Shown here piece by piece: positions 46,990 to 56,503 of a stretch of DNA of 64,000 nt. The stretch lies in the IMG/VR virus record IMGVR_UViG_3300025033_000013. One strand, 5' to 3'. Numbering within the stretch: position 1 is the first letter of the stretch; each line of letters opens with the position of its first letter. The notes beneath the pieces were generated by a model. That model was given only the letters and a program-made list of their open reading frames with translations. It was not told where the DNA came from and ran no database searches. A program made the position numbers and the translations under genes. The DNA comes from an uncultured virus (IMG/VR IMGVR_UViG_3300025033_000013) (lineage: Duplodnaviria > Heunggongvirae > Uroviricota > Caudoviricetes).

Positions 46990-47865
46990 TCATATTTCTT
47001 TCAACCAATTACCCTTATGAAGCAATTGGAATTTTAATTTACGTAAAGACTTATCTCTAATCAAAGCAATTCTTGCTTTGCTAAGTTCTAACATATTTGA
47101 TACTTCTTTGATACTTACTGGTTCTCTACCATCTAAGCCATATAATAATATTAATATGGTTTTCTCTTCATCATTTAACCTACTAAGTAATACTTCAGTT
47201 CTAATGTCAGAATCACCTAACTTAACTAAGTCATTTGAATCGAAATCATTTGAATCTTTTAACAAATCTAATAACGTTATAGAATCATCATCTTCTCCTA
47301 AAGGTGCGTCTAATGATTGTACCTTATTACTTAAATTATCAATAAAAAACTCTATTTCAGAATCACTAAACTCATTACCTAAATGGTCTACCAATTCATT
47401 GTAAGCTGGAGTTCTTTCTAACTTTTGCTCCAACAAGGTATATTCTTTTTTCATTTTAAATGATTTAATATATTTACCAAGTGGTGGTCTAACAATTTTA
47501 CTGTTTGCTTGTATGTGTGCTATTATTGTTTGTCTAATCCACCATACAGCATATGATATAAATTTAAAACCTCTTGATGGGTCAAACTTTTCTGACGCTT
47601 TAAGCAACCCTATATTACCCTCATTGATTAAATCTTCAAATTTAATCCCATATATTTGATATTGTTTTGCAACACTTATTACAAATCTTAGGTTATGTTT
47701 TACTAATAATTCTTTAGATTTTTCATCACCATCAAACGCTTTTACCGCAATTTCATACTCTTCTTCAGGTGTTAAAATCTTAATTGATTGAATGTCATTG
47801 AAGTACATTTGTAATGAAGGTGAACTTCTATCTGTTATCGATGGTGTTACCACTAATTCTCTCAT
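46990..47865 (-). CDS. RNA polymerase sigma-70 family factor (second paralogue)
   Basis: NLRFVISVAKQY and FDPSRGFKFISYAVWWIRQ motifs. Confidence 0.95.
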   Translation of the reverse strand: MRELVVTPSITDRSSPSLQMYFNDIQSIKILTPEEEYEIAVKAFDGDEKSKELLVKHNLRFVISVAKQYQIYGIKFEDLINEGNIGLLKASEKFDPSRGFKFISYAVWWIRQTIIAHIQANSKIVRPPLGKYIKSFKMKKEYTLLEQKLERTPAYNELVDHLGNEFSDSEIEFFIDNLSNKVQSLDAPLGEDDDSITLLDLLKDSNDFDSNDLVKLGDSDIRTEVLLSRLNDEEKTILILLYGLDGREPVSIKEVSNMLELSKARIALIRDKSLRKLKFQLLHKGNWLKEI

Positions 47866-47988
47866 ATCTTATTTTTAATTTACTACAAAGATACGAAATA
47901 TTAATGTAATAACCAAATCATACCTTATAATTTAACAACTTTGGTCACAATATCTTGTACCACAAGTTTCACAATCCAAATGGCTCGG

Positions 47989-48061
47989 AGCACCCACTCG
48001 TACACGATACGAGACCCTTGAAATACCAATCCAAAATTCTAACCACTTAAACTATGGGTGC
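47989..48061 (-). tRNA. tRNA-Thr(GGT)-like, non-canonical T-loop
   Basis: Perfect acceptor GCACCCA/TGGGTGC, anticodon loop TT-GGT-AT, T-loop ATCGTGT. Confidence 0.6.
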
Positions 48062-48170
48062 ATTCGGTAATTAACGGTAACGTTTTGTGATTTTCTATAA
48101 AATCAATCCATTGTAAACCAATTAATTACACTTTTTATACCACCTTAACGGTAACATCTGGTAATTTTTG

Positions 48171-48257
48171 TGACCCCGACAGGATTCGAACCTGTGACAT
48201 TTCCGTTAAAAGCGGAAAGCTCTAAGGATTTCTCCAAACCAACTGAGCTACGGGGCC
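48171..48257 (-). tRNA. tRNA-Lys(TTT) with enlarged D-loop
   Basis: CT-TTT-AA; the D-loop contains extra GGAGAAATCC. Confidence 0.85.
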
Positions 48258-48370
48258 ATTAACCTATTTTTTAAAGATGTTAGGTTAAAACATCTCCCTC
48301 TTTATCTTTATTTCATTTTGCGACCTAATCTTTTATATATAATATATCAAAAAGTACAAAAGTTCCAAAG

Positions 48371-48444
48371 TTACTCCACTAGGGCTCGAACCTAGACTCT
48401 TCTGGCTCAAAACCAGACGTGTTAACCAATTACACCATGGGGCA
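48371..48444 (-). tRNA. tRNA-Gln(TTG)
   Basis: TCTGG-TT-TTG-AG-CCAGA. Confidence 0.9.
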
Positions 48445-48594
48445 ATATTTACTAATATTCCATATCGTAATATGCGATATGTCACAATTCATAATGTATC
48501 TGACTTAAGGTAATTAATCTTATCACCAGATTGTAGCCTGACCTCTCCACGAAGCTGAAGCTAGACATCAATAATTGCTTTCTACATGTATAGT

Positions 48595-48673
48595 TGGGAA
48601 GGAGGGATTCGAACCCCCGAAGCCTAAGCACCTGATTTACAGTCAGGCCGTTTTGACCGCTTACCTACTTCCC
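48595..48673 (-). tRNA. tRNA-Tyr(GTA)
   Basis: CCTGA-CT-GTA-AA-TCAGG with long variable arm. Confidence 0.85.
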
Positions 48674-48818
48674 AATTTTAAAGAGGACGACACCAAAACC
48701 GCTAAGTTCAGGTTTGTTATAAACATACCCAATATGCCCTGTCATCTTACTTGTCACTTTAACTATACTCGCTATAACTGGCTCGATAGTCTACTCACCA
48801 AATAATATCCTCTTTTTG

Positions 48819-48897
48819 TGGGGCACCATGTCGGAATCGAACCGACCAGCCTTCTGGGTTACAAATCCAGTACCTTCTCCTATTCAGTCTATGGTGC
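48819..48897 (-). tRNA. tRNA-Thr(TGT)
   Basis: TT-TGT-AA loop; encoded CCA. Confidence 0.85.
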
Positions 48898-48987
48898 ATA
48901 TCATCCAGTGTTAAGTGCTTTATATGTTGGTATGCGATATAGGCAAATGATAATTTTGGTTCAGTTCAGACTATCAACTGAACTTTG

Positions 48988-49060
48988 TGACCCCCACGGG
49001 CTTCGAACCCGTAACCCTCTCCTTAAAAGGGAGATGCCCGTCCACTTGAGCTTCGAGGTC
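48988..49060 (-). tRNA. tRNA-Lys(TTT)
   Basis: TCTCC-CT-TTT-AA-GGAGA. Confidence 0.9.
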
Positions 49061-49236
49061 ATTATAAGAGACAAGACATTGTTAACCATGCTACCACGTA
49101 TTTCTTAGGTTCACTATTCTCTTATTTCATTTTACGACCTAATCTAAATCCTTCTGGAATCTAGACGATGCCCCAATAAATCTAATTTTATGCTAGGATA
49201 CGTTTCTCCTTCTATGAATTAGTAACAGTCTGGTCG

Positions 49237-49319
49237 TCGGGAAAGTCGGAATCGAACCGACCATACTGAAGCTTCCAAGGCCCCGTAGCCTTTTTTCATT
49301 CTACCTTGGTCATTTCCCG
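49237..49319 (-). tRNA. tRNA-Pro(TGG), atypical D-arm
   Basis: Acceptor CGGGAAA/TTTCCCG; CT-TGG-AA loop. Confidence 0.7.
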
Positions 49320-49388
49320 TTTTTTAATATATTCTTTTAATTTATACATAAGTAAAGATTTTGAACCAAAATCCAAAAAATTTTCATG

Positions 49389-49475
49389 TCTAAGGGGTGG
49401 GATTCGAACCCACGATGTTATTTCTAACTCTTGCACCCAAGGCAAGCGAGTCTAGCCATCTGCTCTAACCCCTAG
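49389..49475 (-). tRNA. tRNA-Pro(TGG) with long variable arm
   Basis: CTTGC-CT-TGG-GT-GCAAG; variable arm AGTTAGAAATAACATC. Confidence 0.8.
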
Positions 49476-49533
49476 ATAAAAATACAATATTTCAAAGAAC
49501 TCCAATTTTATAGATTTGGAAACTATTAAACGC

Positions 49534-49572
49534 AAAAAACCCAGTTGAAATTGTTTTATCAACTGGGTTTTT
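49534..49572 (-). terminator. intrinsic terminator (attenuator) upstream of tRNA operon 1
   Basis: AAAAACCCAGTTGA-loop-TCAACTGGG followed by TTTTTT on the minus strand. Confidence 0.85.
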
Positions 49573-49601
49573 ATATATTGTTTATATAACTATATTCTAC
49601 A

Positions 49602-49700
49602 TTAGAATTCTGTTATGTCACTACAACGTATACTCAGTTGACCTTGGGACTTCCCGCCCTTCGGTTGATACTGTTTCGTATATGTTGTATAATTTCTCAT
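49602..49700 (-). CDS. putative attenuator leader peptide MRNYTTYTKQYQPKGGKSQGQLSIRCSDITEF
   Basis: 32-aa ORF between promoter and terminator; it contains the anti-terminator segment TCAACTGAGT. Confidence 0.75.
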   Translation of the reverse strand: MRNYTTYTKQYQPKGGKSQGQLSIRCSDITEF

Positions 49701-49726
49701 TATTTCTTATTTTGGGATTTACCCTT

Positions 49727-49805
49727 GTTATTAATATATAGTGCAAATATAGTAAATGTTTTAATATAAAACAAGTTTTTTTGCAATTATTTTTAAATTA
49801 TTTTT
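49727..49805 (-). promoter_or_regulatory. Bacteroidota-type promoter block, duplicated at 62575-62652
   Basis: TATATTTG (-7) at 49744-49751, inside a ~75-nt block near-identical to the one before tRNA operon 2. Confidence 0.8.
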
Positions 49806-50043
49806 TAACTACTTGATTATCAGTCTTATATTTTTTTTATATAATTCATCAATTTCTAAATTTTCACTGATACGATATACTTCAGTATATAATAATTCAA
49901 CATTATATTTAGTTTTCGCCTTATAAGTTACTTGAACGACAATATCATTTTTATCAAAAGCATCCATTAAAGCTAACTCAGTTGGAATGTATGATAATTC
50001 ATTCTCACATTTATATTTAGTTCTAATCATCACTCTAGGGACT

Positions 50044-50160
50044 GTGAACTACCCATCCACACTTCGTGATGGATGGGCTTCAAGTTTCATTGACTTGCCC
50101 AACGACAACGCCTCCACTTGTTTTTGTTTATTGTCCGAAATGCGTCCCACATTCAGACAT
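50044..50160 (-). mobile_element. IS200/IS605 right-end remnant
   Basis: GTGAACTACCCATCCAC..GATGGATGGGCTTCAAGTTTCATTGAC, similar to the copy at 52543. Confidence 0.75.
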
Positions 50161-50277
50161 GAAAATTCTTTTCATTTGCTTTCCATGATTTTATGGAAGT
50201 GGCAACATTCACAATTGCATTTTCAGCTTGGTTACAGATACCAACTCAATGCTGGTCTGGCTACACTCCCCATTTAG

Positions 50278-50367
50278 TGGTACAAGATGGACTCAAACCA
50301 CCAACCTTGCCTACTTCAACCGTTTATCGGATGTTTCAACACGCTCTATCAATTGAGCTACTGCGCC
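50278..50367 (-). ncRNA. tRNA-like RNA with extended anticodon arm
   Basis: Acceptor, D and T arms are recognisable; ~34 nt replaces the 17-nt anticodon arm. Confidence 0.6.
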
Positions 50368-50431
50368 TTTCAAAATGAATATGTGTGGTAGGCAACTCAT
50401 ATCGTCATGTATTCACATATTCATTTTATAG

Positions 50432-50503
50432 TCGGAATGGTAGATTTGATACTACATTACCTTCCAGCAATAGGAAGTGTCTTCAAATTAGACGATATCT
50501 CCG
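50432..50503 (-). ncRNA. degenerate tRNA-like element
   Basis: GTCT/AGAC D-stem, CTTCC-TATTGCT-GGAAG arm, non-canonical T-loop. Confidence 0.45.
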
Positions 50504-50504
50504 T

Positions 50505-51330
50505 TAAAGGCTTGAGTGTTGGGCCCTTGTAATACCTTTTGCTTTCGGTTTCCCTATTTCACACACCTCATGTTTCCACTTGGTAGGCATCATTAAGACA
50601 GTCTTGGAGTGACTGCAAACTCTTTTACCACAGATTGATATAAACCAATTTCACTACCTAGCTCCCTTGCGAGGATGAGAAGGTGCGACCCTCCTACTAA
50701 CGATACCTAGTCTCCGTTTCAGCGTTACCCTTGTGAGGTTAATAACTGCCCACATATTTCAGTGGGATAACTTAATTTTGTATCCGTGACCGCTAGAACT
50801 TTTACTTATCTTTGCTTTTTTAACATAAAAGTGGTTGGGCTATCGCCCCACCTAATTGATTAGCGATGCTCTCTCTTACAGGATGTGTCTAGCAGTTGAC
50901 AAACGTGCTGGCTTTTGACCAGTTTAGTTTACGACACCCCGTTGCAGTGTTTTACCACCACATCATTTCTTCATTACTTAGATTTACAAATTAACTTAAC
51001 TTAATATAACGCTTGGTTTCCCAAGATTATAATGAAGCATCATTATTAAACATTCCATAACAAATCATGATGAAATCAGCCTATCCGCTTTTTACACGTT
51101 TCAACCGAAATCTACTAACCGCCTATTGATATTTCTATCTCAACTCCCCGAAGCTAGGGAGTGAACTCGTTAATCTCAGCCATTCAGCCATTGACCCTTG
51201 TTCGTAGTTAATATGCTTACACAGATTGTTGACCCGAAAGCCCTCAACGCAATGCCTTGTTTGGACATCACTTTATACCTATCACTAGGTTTATCTTTTC
51301 CCGAAGGAAGGAGCATAAGCACCCCATTAT
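50505..51330 (-). ncRNA. large (~820 nt) structured ncRNA, GOLLD/ROOL-like candidate
   Basis: ORF-free and GC-richer than its flanks, with many hairpins (e.g. CTTCGG loops), its own TATATTTG promoter (51367-51374), and tRNA-like genes next to it. The family assignment is not verified. Confidence 0.6.
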
Positions 51331-51817
51331 TTTCAATATTTTAATGAACGTATTTTAATTCTTGTGCAAATATACAACTTATTTTTTAATTAAACAAGTT
51401 TTTTGCGATTTTTTTTAAAAAAGTTTTAAGAGCCTCACTTAAAGTTGTTTTATAATGATTTCGCCTCATTATAACTTTCCTATTTTTACTCTGCAAATGT
51501 ACATAATATATATTTAAAAAACAAGTAAAATAACAAAAAATTTTAAACTTTTTTTAACTACTTGATTTTCAGCATTTAAAAAATAAAAAGGGCTTGAAGT
51601 TTCTCTCTTCGGCTGGTGAACCAGGTGATTTGGATAGCCCCTTTTAAAAATGATTGGTATCTATATTCGTTTAACATGATAGCTAAATCCCTATCTAGAT
51701 ACCAATTCATACGTTTGGTATCTACATGTGCAAGAAATTTATTTTCCATGGAAAACATTTTATGGTTCCCATATGGAAGTTTTTTAGAATTGTCATAGTT
51801 GTCATAATATTATTATT

Positions 51818-52396
51818 TTAAAGATTAATATACGCTTTTAAACCACCATAAACATTGAGTCTCCATTCCCAAGGTCTGTAAGAACCAGAGGGGTCATCAT
51901 ATTTGGCGGCCAAATCCCCTCGTTGCATTAATGTTGTTTTTAAATTAAGACTTAACCACTTGGTTAAGAATATAGCAAAATCATCAGTGATTTCAAGACT
52001 TATATAACTTAAGTTATCTTCAGGGAAATTTCTTATAATAACCCCAGCACCACCATAAATTGCGTTATCAAAATAACCTAAATTAAAAGGCAATTTATTA
52101 TTTCTAAAATTGTAACCCCCTTGAAGGCCATAACGAGTGAAATTGAATTCATATAAATCAGCATACTCAAAAGTCAAACCAATTACAAGACTACCAGTTC
52201 CATCATAATCACCTTCCATCATAAATTCAAATCTCACATCTGGAGTAAAAGGTTCATTACCATAATCATCTATAGTCATTGCTAACTTAATATCTTGATA
52301 AAGACTAAAAGATAGCCTAGGGTCTTCTCCAGCAACTTGCGCTGAAGATATACTAAATGTTAATAAAACGATTATATATAGTAATACTTTTTTCAT
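51818..52396 (-). CDS. signal-peptide protein, possible outer-membrane beta-barrel
   Basis: MKKVLL..SSAQ signal peptide, alternating beta-strand pattern, C-terminal YGGLKAYINL. Confidence 0.55.
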   Translation of the reverse strand: MKKVLLYIIVLLTFSISSAQVAGEDPRLSFSLYQDIKLAMTIDDYGNEPFTPDVRFEFMMEGDYDGTGSLVIGLTFEYADLYEFNFTRYGLQGGYNFRNNKLPFNLGYFDNAIYGGAGVIIRNFPEDNLSYISLEITDDFAIFLTKWLSLNLKTTLMQRGDLAAKYDDPSGSYRPWEWRLNVYGGLKAYINL

Positions 52397-52542
52397 AATG
52401 ATTGGTTTTAATTGTGTAATTATACATAATTAAAACAAAAAAAACAAATTTATTTATAAAAATTCAATAGCTAATGTTAGGGTTGGCGTCCAATCACCGC
52501 TATAATCATCATCTACATCATAATAATGTGTGTAACCTACAT

Positions 52543-52755
52543 GTGAACTACCCACCCACGCCAGAGCCGATGGGTTGGGCTTCAAGTTTCATTGACTCGA
52601 CCAATGTCAACGCCTCCACTTGTTTTTGTTTATACTCCGATTGCATCCCAAAACCAGAGTTAATACAAATATACGACTTTATTTTTAAAAGTCAAATCTT
52701 TTTGTTGCTTACAACCCATTCACGCTAAAGCGATGAATGGGTTTTACGCTCCTTT
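52543..52755 (-). mobile_element. IS200/IS605-derived MITE
   Basis: Same ends and length as the copies at 24768 and 44088. Confidence 0.9.
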
Positions 52756-52921
52756 ATAAATTACTTGTTGGGCTTAAAGCTTGTCTAAAACTAATTGGTA
52801 CACCAAGGCCATTAACTTGCCGAATAATCCTTTTGATTTTGTCATTTTAAAATTTTTAATGTTATTGATGTCGCAACGATATGAATAATATTTTAAACTA
52901 CCAAATATTTTTTAACTTTTT

Positions 52922-54277
52922 TTAATAACCTAGTTTTTTACTACTTTTTTTAAGTTTACTATCGATGGTAGCACTCTTTAATTTATTTTCTAACGTCGTA
53001 TTCTTTTTACTGATTTCAGCTATAATTTTAGCTAAGTCTAACGGAGTTTCTAAAATTTCAGATTTATTTTTAAAATCTTGAATTGCTTCATAAATAAATG
53101 CGCCAGTAAACCCTTCTGATTTAAAGAAATTAACCAACATTTCATCAGTTAATATTTTTATATCCTCTTCACTTACTGAATTATATTTTTTATCTAAATT
53201 TTCTAATGATTTAATAATTATCGACTTAACATTTTCATTTGTCAATTCATCAAAGAATAATAATTTATGGAAACGGCCTGGCCTCTGTGCGGCTAAATCA
53301 ATTAAATGTGGCGCATTTGTACTTGCAATAACACCTACATTATCAGGTAATTTGTCAACACCATCTAATATATCTAAGAAAGCACCTAATAATGGGCTAT
53401 ATGAACCATGATTCCTATCACCTAGATATAAATCAATATCATCTAATATCAACACACAAGGTGCTAAAATTTTAGCCAATTCAAATTTGTCTTTAATGAT
53501 TTTACAGATATTTGTTTTAATGATTGTAACATTTTGATTATTCAAAAGTTTACTAATCGCCCTAGTTGACTCGGTTTTACCCGTTCCTGGCGCACCACTA
53601 AACATGTATCTAGGTAGCACCCCTTTCTTCTCGAATAACTTAATGTACATATTTAAATCATCCATCAAATCTTCAGGTAAGAATACATTATCAAAAGATA
53701 ATTCTTTAAGGTCACGTATTTTCCACTCTAAAAACTCATCAGCGATTGTTAAATAACTACCTTTTAAGTTGGAACTATCAACAGCTAATTTAAATAACTT
53801 ATCATATACTACATGAGATTTAATATCATCATCATCTAAGCTACTTAATCTAACTAAATTTCTAACTTGACCACCTTCTCTAAACGCTAATAAAACAAAA
53901 GTCATATTATTACCATTAATACTAATTAAAACAGTATATTCAAACACCACAGGTGGATAATCAGGTAAATAATCAATATAGTTATTATCTATATTTAAGA
54001 TACCTTTAAATTTAACACCTTCATAAGATTCGACTCCTTCATTAGTTCGTTTATGACTTAACAGATTAAAGAAGTTAAAAAATATCGCCATGATTGGTTT
54101 ATTTACTTCATCATAAAAACTAACCTTCGATTTATAATTATTTCTTGAAGTGACCTCTTCATCATAATAAAAATCTTCACCCATATCTATAGCAGTTGCT
54201 TCGTTGACCTCTTCATCCCAACCTTCGAAATCTTTATTTGACGTTATTTTTCTACTCATCATTAATTGTTTTATCAT
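52922..54277 (-). CDS. AAA+ ATPase
   Basis: Walker A GAPGTGKT, Walker B LILDDID, STN and RPGRF motifs. Confidence 0.9.
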   Translation of the reverse strand: MIKQLMMSRKITSNKDFEGWDEEVNEATAIDMGEDFYYDEEVTSRNNYKSKVSFYDEVNKPIMAIFFNFFNLLSHKRTNEGVESYEGVKFKGILNIDNNYIDYLPDYPPVVFEYTVLISINGNNMTFVLLAFREGGQVRNLVRLSSLDDDDIKSHVVYDKLFKLAVDSSNLKGSYLTIADEFLEWKIRDLKELSFDNVFLPEDLMDDLNMYIKLFEKKGVLPRYMFSGAPGTGKTESTRAISKLLNNQNVTIIKTNICKIIKDKFELAKILAPCVLILDDIDLYLGDRNHGSYSPLLGAFLDILDGVDKLPDNVGVIASTNAPHLIDLAAQRPGRFHKLLFFDELTNENVKSIIIKSLENLDKKYNSVSEEDIKILTDEMLVNFFKSEGFTGAFIYEAIQDFKNKSEILETPLDLAKIIAEISKKNTTLENKLKSATIDSKLKKSSKKLGY

Positions 54278-54487
54278 TTAACCCCTTAGCGAACACTAAT
54301 GCTTCATCATGGTTGTTAAATTGTTTACTATCTATTTGTTTTCCCTTACTGTTAGTTACAATAAAATAACCATTTTTGTTATCAAATTTAAACCTAACCT
54401 TAAAATTTAACCCAGCACAAGATTTGCTAGGCTTACTCAATTTAATTTTTTTGTTCGCCATCGTTTCTTTTTATTTAAGCAAATATA

Positions 54488-54952
54488 CTATTTTAATTGT
54501 TTACTAACAAATAATTTTGTTATTTTTTTTAAAAACTTTTTTTGAGACTCATGTAATAACCTTTCTGCGAAGTCTAACGTCTCCCATATAGTAATATCGT
54601 TCTCAGGTAATTGCATGCCCGTATAGGTGCATTCAAACATGCTAACGCATGTCAAGTCTAAATTCAATTCAGACAGCGGGAAATCGACTAAAAACAAGTG
54701 ACCTTGTATCTTTTTATTCTTACTAGAATATGATTCTATTCCTAAATCTTTATAAAATGTAATATTCTCATAAAGTTTCAAATCTAAATTAGTTTCTTCT
54801 AAAGCTTCTCTGATTGCAGCTTCTTTTGAAGTTTCACCTTCTTCGTATAATCCTTTAGGTACTGACCATACAGCTAATGTATGACCCATTGCATGAGTAA
54901 CCAATATCTTCCCTAAACTATCTATTATAAACGCACCATTTGTTATCTCCAT
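54488..54952 (-). CDS. NUDIX hydrolase
   Basis: PKGLYEEGETSKEAAIREALEETNL Nudix box. Confidence 0.9.
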   Translation of the reverse strand: MEITNGAFIIDSLGKILVTHAMGHTLAVWSVPKGLYEEGETSKEAAIREALEETNLDLKLYENITFYKDLGIESYSSKNKKIQGHLFLVDFPLSELNLDLTCVSMFECTYTGMQLPENDITIWETLDFAERLLHESQKKFLKKITKLFVSKQLK

Positions 54953-54953
54953 A

Positions 54954-55406
54954 TTATTGTTTCCACCAAGGTATATCTTCTTCTTTTATTGGTTGTTCGT
55001 ATTTGTATATTCTAACCTTTAAATTCATTTTTTTTGCTAAATCTATCATGTGGGCTGTGCCTTTAGATGATTTATCCCAGAAAGCAATCAACGCATCAGC
55101 ATATTCAGCCATTTCTTTATTACGCACCATTCCAGCGATTTTCCAATAAGGTTTGCCTGATTTATCACACCCAATTTGACTTTCTGGTTTATCTTCAACA
55201 CTGTCCCAATTTGCTGGAAATTCTTTTATTGGATAACCCATAAATCTAGCAAATTGTTCACCTAATTTATCAGCCCCATTTGCTTTACCAGAAACCACTT
55301 CAACATTTTGTTTATTTTGAAGTATGTGCATACAGAATTCAGATAACGTTCTAAAATCATCGAAGTCCCTACCACCAGCAATTATAACTCTAAATTTATC
55401 TTCCAT
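54954..55406 (-). CDS. YspA-like SLOG (DUF2493) protein
   Basis: IIAGGRDF, SGKANGAD, AG.VRNKEM and FWDKSSKGTAHMI motifs. Confidence 0.85.
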   Translation of the reverse strand: MEDKFRVIIAGGRDFDDFRTLSEFCMHILQNKQNVEVVSGKANGADKLGEQFARFMGYPIKEFPANWDSVEDKPESQIGCDKSGKPYWKIAGMVRNKEMAEYADALIAFWDKSSKGTAHMIDLAKKMNLKVRIYKYEQPIKEEDIPWWKQ

Positions 55407-55587
55407 TATTTTAATAATGTTATACGAAAAGAAAGCAAGTCTAAATATTTAGACTTGCCCATTCTTTCCGAAAATTTACCATAAAAGTTTTTATGGTTTT
55501 TATTTCTAAAAGCTAACCCTTTACCCCATATTCGAAACCAGAATATGCCATTACCTGTATAGATATATAACGGCCCTATTCTCATAT

Positions 55588-56256
55588 TTATTTATATTCA
55601 GTATATATCCATAACACACCATTCTCATCTTTAATTGGCTCATTCATAGGCCAATCACATGGTACGTCTACTTTAATTTTATTACTTATTCCAGTATCAT
55701 TATCACTTAATGTAATTCCAGTTTCAACTGTTGCATTGGCATTTAATACTAGATTTATTGAACTCGCAACAGTACCTTCAACTATCAATTTGGCACCAAC
55801 TGGAGTGTTATAAGCTTTATCTTCTTGATAGCTTTCAAATATTAACGTACCGCTTCCATTTATATCACCTTTAATTATACAATTTACTGACCTCATATGA
55901 AGTTCTTTACCTTCAGGTATTGTAATTGAACTTTGGAATCCAATCCATGGGCCTACAGAATAAGTTTGGTCTATGTCATTTTTAATCATCCCCGAAAAAT
56001 ATCTCCCACTAAGGTTATTAATATCAATATTTCTACTTTCCCAATCCATCCAAACTGGTGTTTCTTTTGTACTAGGAATGAATCCTTCAGCTGTATATGC
56101 TTTACTGGATGAAGATTTAAGTGTCATTCCAGCTGTTACTTTTTGTTTATAAACTGTTTTAGTACAGTTATCTGGTTGACATTTGGTTACCATGAAGCCT
56201 ATTTGCGCTATTAACAATATGACTCCGATTGCATAAATAATGTTTTTGTTTTTCAT
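55588..56256 (-). CDS. hypothetical membrane-anchored/secreted protein
   Basis: 222 aa with an N-terminal hydrophobic segment. Confidence 0.6.
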   Translation of the reverse strand: MKNKNIIYAIGVILLIAQIGFMVTKCQPDNCTKTVYKQKVTAGMTLKSSSSKAYTAEGFIPSTKETPVWMDWESRNIDINNLSGRYFSGMIKNDIDQTYSVGPWIGFQSSITIPEGKELHMRSVNCIIKGDINGSGTLIFESYQEDKAYNTPVGAKLIVEGTVASSINLVLNANATVETGITLSDNDTGISNKIKVDVPCDWPMNEPIKDENGVLWIYTEYK

Positions 56257-56503
56257 AATTTGTTATTTTTAATATTTAAGCAATGATACAAAAAAAAATT
56301 TACATAAACAAATTATTTATATAAATTTTCTAACTTTTTAAAGATTAAATGCAAATATTCCCGATAATACGCACTTTGCTTATATTCATCAGTAAGCCAT
56401 TTATCGTTAAATTTTAACTCTTCTATTAAAGATTCGCTATCCATTTATTTCATTAATAATTGATATTTATCAAAATTTACCATATAACCATCATGTGGAA
56501 AAC

